NCBI GenBank assembly: GCA_964556925.1
Contig: CAZKXY010000003.1
Location: 1 to 62,258, forward strand
Length of the DNA: 62,258 bases
Reading direction: 5' to 3'
From: an uncultured Planctomycetales bacterium
GTDB lineage: Bacteria; Omnitrophota; Gorgyraeia; Aquiviventales; Aquiviventaceae
The stretch's first letter is position 1. Every line of letters begins with the position of its first letter. Positions 27,584-37,507 of the stretch are shown in pieces. The translations under genes and the position numbers were made by a program. Below the pieces are notes generated by a model. It was not told where the DNA came from, searched no databases, and was given only the letters and a program-made list of their open reading frames with translations.

Positions 27584-28299
27584 GCCGTAGTCGGCTCCAG
27601 GAGATGGCGGGGAAAGGTGATCGGCTCGACGAGCAGCGCGCCGGTGTGGGCCGGCCCCTCGCCGATGAGACACCCGTGCTTGACCCGTCCAAACGTCACG
27701 GTCGTCGTGGCGCGCGCGGCCACGCCGTGCACCGCGCCGGTGTCCCCATCCAGGCCGGAGGGCAGATCGACGGCGAGGATCGGCTTGCCGGACTGATTCA
27801 TCAGCGTGATGAGCGAGGCGGTCGGTTCGCGCACCGGCCCGCGCAGCCCCAGCCCGAGCAACGCATCCACCAGCAGGTCCGCCTCCGCCATTGCCCGACC
27901 GACCTGCTGAGGGATTCCGGCACCCCCAGGCTCCCACTCGATGAAGGGCAGCCCCAGCCGTTGCAGGATCACGGCGAAGATCGCCGGCTCTCCGCGCAGC
28001 GCCGTCCGCCGACAGGCCAGCACGAGGTGCAGGCGCACCCGGTGGTTCAGCAGGTGCCGGGCCGCCGCCAACCCATCCCCTCCATTGAACCCTGAGCCGC
28101 AGCAGAGGAGGAGGGCCGCGTCGGGACGCGAGATCATCCCCAGGGCGGCAGTGGCCACGGCCAGCCCGGCGTGGTCCATGAGCAACAGGCGTGGAATACC
28201 AAGCCGGTCGACCGCCGTCGCATCGATCTGCTGCATCTGCGCGACGGACACCGCCGACTGCGGCTCCCGTACCCGGGTTCCGGAGCGAGAGGGAGGCAC
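27580..28299 (-). CDS. nnrE: NAD(P)H-hydrate epimerase (stand-alone YjeF-N); start uncertain
   Basis: LMDHAG, GFNGGDG, DALLGLG, AVDLPSGL. Confidence 0.88.
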   Translation of the reverse strand: MPPSRSGTRVREPQSAVSVAQMQQIDATAVDRLGIPRLLLMDHAGLAVATAALGMISRPDAALLLCCGSGFNGGDGLAAARHLLNHRVRLHLVLACRRTALRGEPAIFAVILQRLGLPFIEWEPGGAGIPQQVGRAMAEADLLVDALLGLGLRGPVREPTASLITLMNQSGKPILAVDLPSGLDGDTGAVHGVAARATTTVTFGRVKHGCLIGEGPAHTGALLVEPITFPRHLLEPTTA

Positions 28300-28306
28300 C
28301 GTGAGG

Positions 28307-28549
28307 TTAAGGGGAGGCAGGCGGTGGCGTGGCAGCCGTGGTTGGCGTGGCGGCCTCTTCCTTTTCCTTCGCCGCCGCCTTCCGGATCTTCATCCGCGTC
28401 TGCTTGATCTTGGGCAGGCCGAACACGGAGTGCTGCTGGCTCCATTGGCCCTGCGTCATGAGATGACGAACCCGCTCGTGACGCTTCAGGACGTTGCGGA
28501 GCGCTCCGGCCGCATGAGGATCTGATCGAAGGGACGAGTGCACGGACAT
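28307..28549 (-). CDS. PVC-superphylum small basic protein-like
   Basis: MSVHSSL..RNVLKRHER..W..SVFGLPK pattern recalled from the Chlamydiae/Verrucomicrobia/Planctomycetes small basic protein; HMM check needed. Confidence 0.75.
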   Translation of the reverse strand: MSVHSSLRSDPHAAGALRNVLKRHERVRHLMTQGQWSQQHSVFGLPKIKQTRMKIRKAAAKEKEEAATPTTAATPPPASP

Positions 28550-28556
28550 GGAGGCC

Positions 28557-29207
28557 TCACAGGCTTTTGACAAAACAGTCGGCGTACCGCGTCTTCAGGC
28601 TGACGGATTTCTCCCGCGCATTGCCCTGCGAAGGAAACGGCCCGACGTAGACGATCGTGCGTCCATTGCGCATGACGAGAAATGCCCGCTCGCCCTGCGC
28701 CTGCAGACGATCCAGCTCGCGCTTCGCCAGCTGGGGCCGGCTGTAGGTGACCACCTGCACGGCATAGCGGCCGGCCGTGGGCTGCGCCACCGGCGCAGGC
28801 CGAGGCGCGGATACGGGCTCGCCGGTCGCCCTCGCCGGCTCGACGGCGGTCGTCGTCCCGGCGGCCGGTGCGGGCGCCTCCTCGGCGAGCCGGCTGCGCG
28901 GTTTCACTTTGGTCGGCGCCGACGCCGGCGCGGGGCTCGACTTCGGTTTCGCCTTGGCGGCGGCCTCGTCGGCCGGCTGCTCGCGCGCCAAGAGCATCCG
29001 TTCGGCGCGCACCAGCCGCTTGCCCCGTTCGACCCCGCCCGCGAAGATCACGGTGACCCCCATGAGGGCGCCCATCAGGCCAAGCATGAGCTGATCATAC
29101 CGGACCTGAATGACCATCCGCCCCACCGGGGTGCGGCGCATGCGCGGGGCCGGCTGCTGCCCGAGCTCAAACAGTTCCAGCTGGCCCTCGGGCGATCGTG
29201 TTGCCAT
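28557..29207 (-). CDS. SPOR domain membrane protein (FtsN/DedD-like layout)
   Basis: N-terminal TM, Pro/Ala linker, YAVQV..Y, VYVGPF. Confidence 0.8.
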   Translation of the reverse strand: MATRSPEGQLELFELGQQPAPRMRRTPVGRMVIQVRYDQLMLGLMGALMGVTVIFAGGVERGKRLVRAERMLLAREQPADEAAAKAKPKSSPAPASAPTKVKPRSRLAEEAPAPAAGTTTAVEPARATGEPVSAPRPAPVAQPTAGRYAVQVVTYSRPQLAKRELDRLQAQGERAFLVMRNGRTIVYVGPFPSQGNAREKSVSLKTRYADCFVKSL

Positions 29208-29217
29208 CAAAGCAGAT

Positions 29218-29246
29218 ATTCTACGTGAAGCAACGCCGCTCGTCAA
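29218..29246 (-). promoter_or_regulatory. Sigma70 promoter, short leader
   Basis: TTGACG (29246-29241), 17 bp, TAGAAT (29223-29218), 10 nt before ATG. Confidence 0.7.
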
Positions 29247-29860
29247 CAGGCTGGGGGGCAGGCGCCCTTTTTGAAGCGAGGCTCGGTGCCGACCCTCAAG
29301 CGCTCGATGTTGCTCCGATGCCGGAGGATCACCAGGAACGCCAGGCCGATCCCGAACAGGAGCTCGGGGGGGCTGCGCCGCATCACGACCTGCGCGATGG
29401 GCAGCGCCGCCATCGCGGCGATCGACGCCACCGAGACATAGCGCCAGCGCGCGAAGCACGCGAGCCAGATGGCCGCGCACACGGCCGCCAGGGACGGCAG
29501 CGCTCCGACCAGGACGCCGATCGTCGTCGCGACCCCTTTGCCTCCCTGGAAGTTCAAGAAGAGGGGAAAGCAGTGGCCCACGACCGCCATCACCCCGCAA
29601 TCAAAGCGGGCTTCCGGGGTCACCGAGGGGATGAGCCAGCTCGCCAGCACCCGCACGGCGATCAGCCCCTTGGCGACATCGATCAGGAAGACCGCGAGCC
29701 CGGCCGCACGCCCGGCCACGCGCGTCACATTGGTGGCGCCGACGTTGCCGCTGCCCACCGTCCGCACATCGACGTGCTTGAGCCACTTGACCGCGAGGTA
29801 GGCGGTCGGCAGCGAGCCGAGGAGGTACGACGCTGCCAGCGCCACGACCAACCCGCCCAT
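29243..29860 (-). CDS. plsY: Glycerol-3-phosphate acyltransferase PlsY
   Basis: YLLGSLP, GSGNVGATN, DVAKG, GGKGVAT, RHRSNI.RL..GTE. Confidence 0.95.
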   Translation of the reverse strand: MGGLVVALAASYLLGSLPTAYLAVKWLKHVDVRTVGSGNVGATNVTRVAGRAAGLAVFLIDVAKGLIAVRVLASWLIPSVTPEARFDCGVMAVVGHCFPLFLNFQGGKGVATTIGVLVGALPSLAAVCAAIWLACFARWRYVSVASIAAMAALPIAQVVMRRSPPELLFGIGLAFLVILRHRSNIERLRVGTEPRFKKGACPPAC

Positions 29861-29873
29861 CGCCCCGTCCGCC

Positions 29874-30416
29874 TTACCCCAGCGTCCGGATCCCCATCCG
29901 GACGTAACTCACGGCGGAGACCACGGTCAGGATCGCCGCAAGGAAGAGGAGCGACGGCGTGATCGGCAACCCCAGCAGGACCGACGTGATGACCAGCATC
30001 TGGGCGGCCGTCGTGCATTTCCCGACCCAACTCGGCTGGACGGTCCATCGGCCCTTGATGGTAAACAGCACGATGGCGCCGGCGACCAGGAGCACGTCGC
30101 GGGAGATGACGATGAGGTTGAACCACGCCGGGATGCGCATCCCGGGAGGCAGCCCCTGGATCATGGAGCAGCTGATCAGGGTGCTGAGGATGAGCGCCTT
30201 GTCGGCGATGGGATCGAGCAGCGTGCCCAGCTCGCTCTGCTGATTCGTCAGACGGGCCAGGAACCCGTCGGCGGCATCCGAGGCGATGCCGATGACGAAC
30301 AATCCCAACGCGAGGAACCGGAGGGCATCCCGGTCCGGATGGTAGTACACGAGCGACGCGACGATCCCCGGCACCAATAAGATCCGGAAGATCGAAATCT
30401 TATTGGCCAGGTTCAT
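29874..30416 (-). CDS. CDP-alcohol phosphatidyltransferase (PgsA-like)
   Basis: NLANKISIFR, SDAADGFLAR, GTLLDPIADK. Confidence 0.9.
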   Translation of the reverse strand: MNLANKISIFRILLVPGIVASLVYYHPDRDALRFLALGLFVIGIASDAADGFLARLTNQQSELGTLLDPIADKALILSTLISCSMIQGLPPGMRIPAWFNLIVISRDVLLVAGAIVLFTIKGRWTVQPSWVGKCTTAAQMLVITSVLLGLPITPSLLFLAAILTVVSAVSYVRMGIRTLG

Positions 30417-30560
30417 CCCACTCCCTGCCGCGGGCCCCGCCGTAGGTGGGGCCCGTGTGCGGACTCAAAATCTTTCATCCCCCAAGCACACCAGCCGTTC
30501 CGTCCTACAGAGCGAGCCCTTCGGGATCGGAACGGCTGAGCGGCAGGTAGATGGGATCAT
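30413..30560. repeat. Family A variant A7 (140 bp between two ATGA)
   Basis: ATGA-TCCCATCTACCTGCCGC...GCGGCAGGGAGTGGG-ATGA at the pgsA-like start. Confidence 0.85.
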
Positions 30561-30670
30561 CCCGCGGCCTGCCCCCCACTGTCCTCCGGTCCGCCTCCGG
30601 CGGACCGGCACTCGTTATCCGCCTGTCGAGCCCCCGCCTTCGGCTGAGGCAGACAGGTGGAGGGGGCGCG
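30561..30670. repeat. Additional hairpin module abutting A7
   Basis: Arms GCCCCCCACTGTC / GACAGGTGGAGGGGGC; contains GTCCGCCTCCGGCGGAC hairpin also seen in A2/A3. Confidence 0.6.
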
Positions 30671-30678
30671 CGATCGAC

Positions 30679-31056
30679 TTACTCTTTGTACCGGAGTTCC
30701 ACGCCGTGGTTCGGGCAGTACTTGATGTCCTCGCCGTAGAGCTCGCCGCCCACCGGGCAGAACTTCGTCCGGGCCGTGGCCGGGGGGATCGCCTGCTGCT
30801 GGGCTCGCTGCTCCGACTCCTCGAGGGCGTGCCCGATGGCCGCTCCGCTCAGCGCCCCCAGCCCCGCGCCAATCGCCGTCCCGGCCCCCGCATGGTCGCT
30901 CTGGTTGCCCACGATGGCGCCTGTGCCGGCGCCGATGAGCCCGCCAAGCACCGCGCCTTGCGTCGTCTTCGACTGGGCGGCCGTGCCCATCGACTCACAT
31001 CCCGCCAGGCCCGCGGCGAGCACCGCAAGGATCACCGCTGACGTCCTCTGCATCAT
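30679..31056 (-). CDS. Lipoprotein with glycine zipper and C-terminal Cys/His motif
   Basis: Lipobox LAGC, GAVLGGLIGAGTGAIVG, CPVGG..YCPNHG. Confidence 0.8.
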   Translation of the reverse strand: MMQRTSAVILAVLAAGLAGCESMGTAAQSKTTQGAVLGGLIGAGTGAIVGNQSDHAGAGTAIGAGLGALSGAAIGHALEESEQRAQQQAIPPATARTKFCPVGGELYGEDIKYCPNHGVELRYKE

Positions 31057-31072
31057 GCGCCTCCTTGTTGTC

Positions 31073-31115
31073 AGGTGTCAGACACTTTTCCCGCTTTGAA
31101 AGGTGTCTGACACCT
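31073..31115. repeat. Family C double palindrome C3 (in predicted 5' UTR)
   Basis: AGGTGTCAGACACTTTTCCCGCTTTGAAAGGTGTCTGACACCT. Confidence 0.88.
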
Positions 31116-31119
31116 GTTT

Positions 31120-31148
31120 ACTGTAGCACGAAGCCCTGCTTACCGCAA
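31120..31148 (-). promoter_or_regulatory. Sigma70 promoter for the lipoprotein gene
   Basis: TTGCGG (31148-31143), 17 bp, extended -10 TG-C-TACAGT (hexamer 31125-31120). Confidence 0.55.
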
Positions 31149-31709
31149 TACCCGCCAGCGGGTGATCGGCCAGAAGATGCACATGGCCCGCCCGATCACG
31201 AGCCGCTTGGGCACGAACCCCCAGAACCGGCTGTCATGCGAGGAGCGGGCGTTGTCCCCCAGGACGAAGTAGGCATCCGCCGGCACCCGGAACGGCTCAC
31301 GCTCTTTCGCATACGGCCCCTCGCCATACGGCTGGTCGCTGTGGAAGGCGCCCGAGCCGTCCAGCGGCGCGTCGTTGACGTACACCTGGCCGTCGCGCAA
31401 TTCCACGGTGTCGCCGCCCACCGCCGCGAGGCGCTTGATGAACGGCCGCTTCGGGTCGTCCGGATACCGGAAGACGAGGATCTCGCCGGGGTGCGGCTCG
31501 CGGAAGCGGTAGAGGAACTTGTTGACGAGGATCCGATCGCCTTCGATCAGGGTCGGCCGCATCGAGCCGGAGGGGATCTTGAACGGCGCCATGATGAACG
31601 TGCGGATCACCAGCGCCAGGGCGACCGCCCACAGCAACGACTCGAGATTCTCCCGCCAGGCCGAGGCCTGCGGTTTCTTGGCGGAGGCGCGGCGGAGGCG
31701 GCGCGCCAT
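31140..31709 (-). CDS. lepB: Signal peptidase I
   Basis: IPSGSM.PTL, DRILVNK, FIKR, GDN..SHDSRFWG. Confidence 0.95.
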   Translation of the reverse strand: MARRLRRASAKKPQASAWRENLESLLWAVALALVIRTFIMAPFKIPSGSMRPTLIEGDRILVNKFLYRFREPHPGEILVFRYPDDPKRPFIKRLAAVGGDTVELRDGQVYVNDAPLDGSGAFHSDQPYGEGPYAKEREPFRVPADAYFVLGDNARSSHDSRFWGFVPKRLVIGRAMCIFWPITRWRVLR

Positions 31710-33503
31710 CTACAGTTTTAAGACCGCGAGGAAGGCTTCCTGCGGGATCTCGACGTTGCCGAATTGTTTCATGCGCTTTTTCCCTTCCGCCTGGCGTTCC
31801 CACAGCTTCCGCTTGCGGGTGATGTCGCCGCCGTAACACTTGCCCGTCACATGCTTGGCCAGCGGCCGGATGCTCTCCCGCGCGATCACATGGCTGCCGA
31901 CCGCCGCCTGGATCACGACCTCGAAGAGCTGCCGGGGGATGAGCGCCTTGAGCCGCTCCGCGAGCGCCTTGCCCTTCTCGTGCGCCTGCTCCTTGGGCAC
32001 GATCAGCGAGAGCGGCTCGCAGATCCGCCCGTTGAGGAGGATGTCGAGCCGCACGAGCTGTGCGGGCCGGTAGGCGATCACCTCGTAGTCGAAGGAGCCG
32101 TACCCGCGGGTCAGCGATTTCAACCGATCATAGAAGTCCACGAGGATTTCCGCAAGCGGCATTTCATAGGAGAGCTTCACCCGCGTCTCGCTCAGGTACT
32201 CGGTGGACCGGTAGGACCCCCGCTTCTGCGTCACCAGGTCCATGAGCGCGCCCATCGCCTCCGCCGGGCACAGGATCACCGCCCGCACGTAGGGCTCGGC
32301 GATCGCCTGGATCACCCCGGGCGATGGCAGGTCCGTCGGGCGGTGGACCTCGATCCGCTTCCCGCCGTGGATCGTCACCTGGAAGACGACGCTCGGCGTC
32401 GTCAGCACGAGCGACACCCCGTACTCGCGCTCCAGCCGCTCCTGGACGATCTCCATGTGCAGCAGCCCCAGGAAGCCGCAGCGGAACCCCTGGCCGAGCG
32501 CGTCCGACTGCTCGGGCTCGAACTGGAACGCCGCGTCGGTCAGCGCGAACTTCTCCATCGCCGCCCGCAGCGTCGTCAGCTCCTGGGCGCTCGCCGGATA
32601 GATGCCGGCAAACACCATGGGCTTCAGCCGCCGGAACCCCGGCAGGGGGCGCTCCGCCGGGCGCGCCGCCTCGGTCACGGTATCGCCGGCGACCACATCA
32701 TGGGGATGGCGGATGCTCGCGGTGAAATAGCCGACTTCGCCGGCCGCCAGCTCCTGCACGCGCTGCGGCTGCGGGGTCAACACCCCGAGCTCCTGCACCT
32801 CGAAGGTCTTCTGGGTGCCGAGCAAGCGCACGCGCATGCCGGCGCGCAGGGTGCCGTTGACGAGCCGGATGAAGACCATGACCCCTTTGTACGCATCGTA
32901 GCTCGAATCGAAGATCAGGCACGACAGCGCAGCCGCCGGGTCGCCGGCGGGCGGCGGGACCTCGAGCACGATCCGCTCCAGCAGCTCCGGCACGCCCCGC
33001 CCTTCCTTGGCGCTGGCCTGGGTGATGCGCGCCTCGTCGTTCTGGAGCAGGACCCGCAGCTCCGCCGCCACGCGCTCCGGCTGGGCATTGGGCAGGTCGA
33101 TCTTGTTGATGACCGGCAGGATCGTCAGCTGGCGCTCGCGGGCGAGCGCGTAGTTGGCGACCGTCTGGGCCTCGACCCCCTGGGCGGCGTCCACGACGAG
33201 GACCGTCCCCTCGCACGCCTGCAGGCTCTTGGTGACCTCAAAGGAGAAATCGACGTGGCCGGGGGTGTCGATCAGGTTGAGGATGTAGCGCTGGCCGTTG
33301 CGGGCCTGGTACTGGAGCCTGACCGCCGAGGCCTTGATTGTAATGCCCCGCTCGCGCTCCAGCTCCATGTCATCGAGGAGCTGCTCGCGGAACCGCCGCG
33401 GATCCACGGCGCCGGTCGCCTGCAGCAGGCGGTCGGCGAGCGTGGACTTGCCGTGGTCGATGTGGGCGACGATGCAGAAGTTCCGGATCGACTCCAACCC
33501 CAT
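31710..33503 (-). CDS. lepA: Elongation factor 4
   Basis: AHIDHGKSTLAD, ERERGITIK, GFLGLLH, KCYGGDITRKRKL. Confidence 0.98.
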   Translation of the reverse strand: MGLESIRNFCIVAHIDHGKSTLADRLLQATGAVDPRRFREQLLDDMELERERGITIKASAVRLQYQARNGQRYILNLIDTPGHVDFSFEVTKSLQACEGTVLVVDAAQGVEAQTVANYALARERQLTILPVINKIDLPNAQPERVAAELRVLLQNDEARITQASAKEGRGVPELLERIVLEVPPPAGDPAAALSCLIFDSSYDAYKGVMVFIRLVNGTLRAGMRVRLLGTQKTFEVQELGVLTPQPQRVQELAAGEVGYFTASIRHPHDVVAGDTVTEAARPAERPLPGFRRLKPMVFAGIYPASAQELTTLRAAMEKFALTDAAFQFEPEQSDALGQGFRCGFLGLLHMEIVQERLEREYGVSLVLTTPSVVFQVTIHGGKRIEVHRPTDLPSPGVIQAIAEPYVRAVILCPAEAMGALMDLVTQKRGSYRSTEYLSETRVKLSYEMPLAEILVDFYDRLKSLTRGYGSFDYEVIAYRPAQLVRLDILLNGRICEPLSLIVPKEQAHEKGKALAERLKALIPRQLFEVVIQAAVGSHVIARESIRPLAKHVTGKCYGGDITRKRKLWERQAEGKKRMKQFGNVEIPQEAFLAVLKL

Positions 33504-33509
33504 GCGGCC

Positions 33510-34924
33510 TCAGCGACCCTCGGCCAGCCTCACCCCCAGCCGCAGCAACCGCGGCAGGCGGCTGCGGCGCGGGGTCTCAGCGTAGATGCGCACGATGGGC
33601 TCGGTGCCCGAGCGGCGAAACAGCAGCCAGCTGTCATCCCGGCCGATGAGCTTCACGCCGTCCATCGTGTTGACGCGCGCGACCGCCACGCCGGCCAGGT
33701 CCTGCGGAGGGGCCTCGGCCAGCCGCCGGAAGAGCCCATCGACCTGCGCCATCCTCAACTGCAGGTCGCGCCGGCCGTACCAGAAGCGCCCGAACCGGCG
33801 CTCCAGATCGCCCACCAGCGCCGACAGCGAGCGGCCGCTCGCCGCGATCGCTTCCAGCACGAGCAAGCCGTTGAAGATGCCGTCCCGCTCCGGCAGGTAG
33901 CCCGCCACGCCGATGCCGCCGGACTCCTCCCCGCCGATGACGACGTCCTGCTCGAGCATGAGCTTGGCGATGTGCTTGAACCCGACCGGCACTTCGATCA
34001 GCCGCAGCCCCAGCGCCTGCGTGAGCCGGTTGATCAGCATGGTGTTGGACACGGTTTTCACGACCGCCCCGGTCTGCCGCCGGACCGTCACCAGGTGCAT
34101 GAGGAGCACGCAGAGCACTTGGCCGGGGTTCAGCCACGCGCCGCCGGGGCCGATGATCCCGAGCCGGTCCGCATCACCGTCGGTCGCGATGCCAAGGTCC
34201 GCGCGCGCGCGCCGCACCGTCGTCATGAGCTCGGCCAGGTTCGCGGCGATCGGCTCCGGGGCGCGGCCACCGAACCGCGGGTCCGGCTCGCCGTGGAGCG
34301 TGTCGATCCGGCAGCGGCCGCCGGCCACCACGCGCTCGATGAGCCGGCCGCCGGCGCCGAACATCGAATCGACGACGACGCGAAACCGCCGGCGGCGGAT
34401 CGAGGCCAGATCCAGGCTCGAACGGATGCCCGCCAGAAACGGCGGGAGGAAATCGGCGGGGCGGACGCGCCGCGCCGCCGTGGCCTCCTCAAACGCGAGG
34501 CGCTTGACCGGCGCACGGCCCAGGCGGCGCTCGATGGACGCGACGGTCTCCGTCGTGGCCGAGCCGCCGAAGGCCTCTTTGACTTTGATCCCGTTGTAGA
34601 CCGCCGGGTTGTGGCTGGCCGTGACCATCACGCCGGCCGGCAGCCGCTTGGCGACGACGTAGCGGCTGACCGCGCAGGTGGGGACCACGCCGGCGCTGAG
34701 GACAACGCGCAGGCCGTTGCCCGCCAGCACTTCGGCCACCGTCCGCGCGAAGGTGTCGGAGAGAAACCGGGAATCCCACCCGATCGCCACCGGGCCGCGC
34801 CGTCCGCCACGCGCCTTGAGATGGTCCGCCATCGCCTGCGCCACGATCCGGACGTTGGCCGTGGTGAAGTCGTCGGCCATGACGCCGCGCCAGCCCTCGG
34901 TGCCGAATGCGATCGCGCTCGCCA

Positions 34925-34928
<4 letters not shown>
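33510..34928 (-). CDS. Phosphoglucomutase/phosphomannomutase
   Basis: FGTEGWRG, TASHNP, DGDADR, GGEESGG, RRSGTEP. Confidence 0.93.
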
Positions 34929-35577
<649 letters not shown>

Positions 35578-35581
<4 letters not shown>

Positions 35582-35625
35582 CGGTCAAATTTGAACCGGC
35601 GAAGTGCCTGGCACTTTTTACTCAT
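35578..35625. repeat. 40-bp two-palindrome insert between two ATGA (includes a family D unit)
   Basis: CGGTCAAATTTGAACCG plus AAGTGCCTGGCACTT; spans M16 stop to rpe start. Confidence 0.7.
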
Positions 35626-36923
35626 GGGAGGCGGAAGAGATCAACGAGGCGCGAGGCTTCGGGCTCGTCGATCGGGCCGACGACGGCTAGGTGCAGTTTC
35701 GGCGTGGCGAAGAGCCGCCGCGCCACGCGCCGGATGTCCTGCTCCGTGACCCTGGCGAGGTACTTCAGCAGGTGGTCCGGGCGCGCCACGCGGCCGACCG
35801 TCACCGCCTGCTCGCCCATCCAGAGCATGTGGTCCATCGTATCCTCCAGGCCCATTTGCAATTGCCCCGCATAGTAGTCCTTGGCGCGCCGCAGCTCCGC
35901 CCGCGAGATGGGCGTGCGCGCAAGCCGCCCCAGCTCCGTCACAATGGTCTGGAGCGTCGAGGCCAGCTTGGCGGTCTCGCACCCGGCGTGGATCACAAAC
36001 GCCCCCGTGTCCTCGAACCGCTTGATCTGCGTGCCGATCTCGTACACGAGCCCGCGCTTCTCCCGCACCTCGCGGAACAGCCGGGACGACATGTTGGCGC
36101 CCAGCAGCACGTGCGCCAGCTCCAACGCGAACCGGTCCGGATGGGTCCGGGGGATCGCATACATGCCCAGGCATAGGTGCGTCTGCTCCGTCGGCTTGCG
36201 CCACACGCGCACCTGCGGGCCGCGCCGGGGTCGGGGCGCCCGCAGGAACCGGCTCGTCGGCACCGGCCGCATCCCGCCGAAGGCCCGCCGGATGGCGCGG
36301 CTCGCCAGCTCAGGCTCCACCGCGCCGGCGACCGCCACGAGGAGGTTGCGCGGCTGGTACATCCGCCGCCAGTACCGCACGACGTCCTCACGCGCGATCC
36401 GCCGCACCGTCTCGCTGGTGCCGGAGAGGAGCATCCCCAGCGGGTGATCCGGCCAGAGGAGCTGGCTGAACAGGTCGTGGACGTACTGGCCCGGCGTGTC
36501 ATCATACATCCGGATCTCTTCGAGGACGACCTCCCGCTCCTTCTCGACGTCCTGAGGCGCCAGGCGGGGACGGCGGATCATGTCGGCGAGCACCTCGACG
36601 GTGCGCCGGAAGTGCCGCGCCGGCACCTTGGCCAGGTAGCAGGTGAACTCCTCCGCGGTGAACCCGTTGAGCGAGCCGCCCACCCCCTCGATCTGCTGCT
36701 TGAGCTGCTCGCAGGAGCGCCGCCGCGTCCCTTTAAAGAGGAGGTGCTCCAAAAAATGCGAGATGCCGGATGACGCCGGCGCCTCGTACCGTCCGCCGGC
36801 GCGCACCCAGGCGCCCACCGTGACGGATTGCGCCTGCGGCATCGGCCGCTGCACGAGCCCCGCCCCGTTGGGCAAGGTCGCGATCAGATACGGTGAGCCG
36901 TCACGTCGTCTGGCGCGTCGCAT
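35622..36923 (-). CDS. M16 family (pitrilysin-like) zinc peptidase; start uncertain
   Basis: HFLEH inverted zinc motif, NGFT.EE.T.Y, SRLF.EVREKRGL. Confidence 0.9.
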   Translation of the reverse strand: MRRARRRDGSPYLIATLPNGAGLVQRPMPQAQSVTVGAWVRAGGRYEAPASSGISHFLEHLLFKGTRRRSCEQLKQQIEGVGGSLNGFTAEEFTCYLAKVPARHFRRTVEVLADMIRRPRLAPQDVEKEREVVLEEIRMYDDTPGQYVHDLFSQLLWPDHPLGMLLSGTSETVRRIAREDVVRYWRRMYQPRNLLVAVAGAVEPELASRAIRRAFGGMRPVPTSRFLRAPRPRRGPQVRVWRKPTEQTHLCLGMYAIPRTHPDRFALELAHVLLGANMSSRLFREVREKRGLVYEIGTQIKRFEDTGAFVIHAGCETAKLASTLQTIVTELGRLARTPISRAELRRAKDYYAGQLQMGLEDTMDHMLWMGEQAVTVGRVARPDHLLKYLARVTEQDIRRVARRLFATPKLHLAVVGPIDEPEASRLVDLFRLP

Positions 36924-37320
36924 CGAGGTAGTGCTGCAAGATGAGCTGCGCCGCGATCTGATCGATGGCCGCTTTCCGCGTGCGGCGCGACGCCCTCGTG
37001 TGCTGGAGCATCCGCTGGCCCTGAACCGTCGTGAGCCGCTCATCCACGAGCACGAGCGGCACCGGCACCCGTCGGCGAAGCAGGTCGGCAAACGCCGTCA
37101 CCTTCTGCGCCTGGATGCCGCGCTCGCCGCGCAGCGTGAGCGGCAGGCCGACCACGATCCGCGCCACGCCGTGCGCCGCCACCAAGGCCCCCACCGCGTC
37201 GGCATCCGCCGCCGCGGCCGTGCGCGTCAGGACCGTCAGCCGCTGCGCGGTCAGGCCGAGCGGATCGCTCATCGCCACGCCGATGCGCCGGTCGCCCACG
37301 TCCAGCCCCAGGACCCGCAT
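36901..37320 (-). CDS. ruvX: Holliday junction resolvase-like / pre-16S maturation nuclease
   Basis: LGLDVGDRRIGVA, VVGLP, DERLTT, IDQIAA. Confidence 0.93.
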   Translation of the reverse strand: MRVLGLDVGDRRIGVAMSDPLGLTAQRLTVLTRTAAAADADAVGALVAAHGVARIVVGLPLTLRGERGIQAQKVTAFADLLRRRVPVPLVLVDERLTTVQGQRMLQHTRASRRTRKAAIDQIAAQLILQHYLDATRQTT

Positions 37321-37360
37321 CAGCCGACAAACCGTTTCACAACGCCCTCTCTATACTGAG

Positions 37361-37472
37361 GCGGGTCTTGGCCAGGTCTCCGCTCGCCGCTCAGCGAATG
37401 TTGCTGCGCTGCGCACCATCTGACGGCTCGCAACATTCGAATTCGCGGCTCGCGGAGCGCCTGGCCACCCGC
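37361..37472. repeat. Family B element B2 (112 bp)
   Basis: Imperfect long hairpin; inverted near-copy of 27433-27544. Confidence 0.85.
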
Positions 37473-37507
37473 CTCCACGAGCGCGCGCGAACCCATCTCT
37501 CATAATA

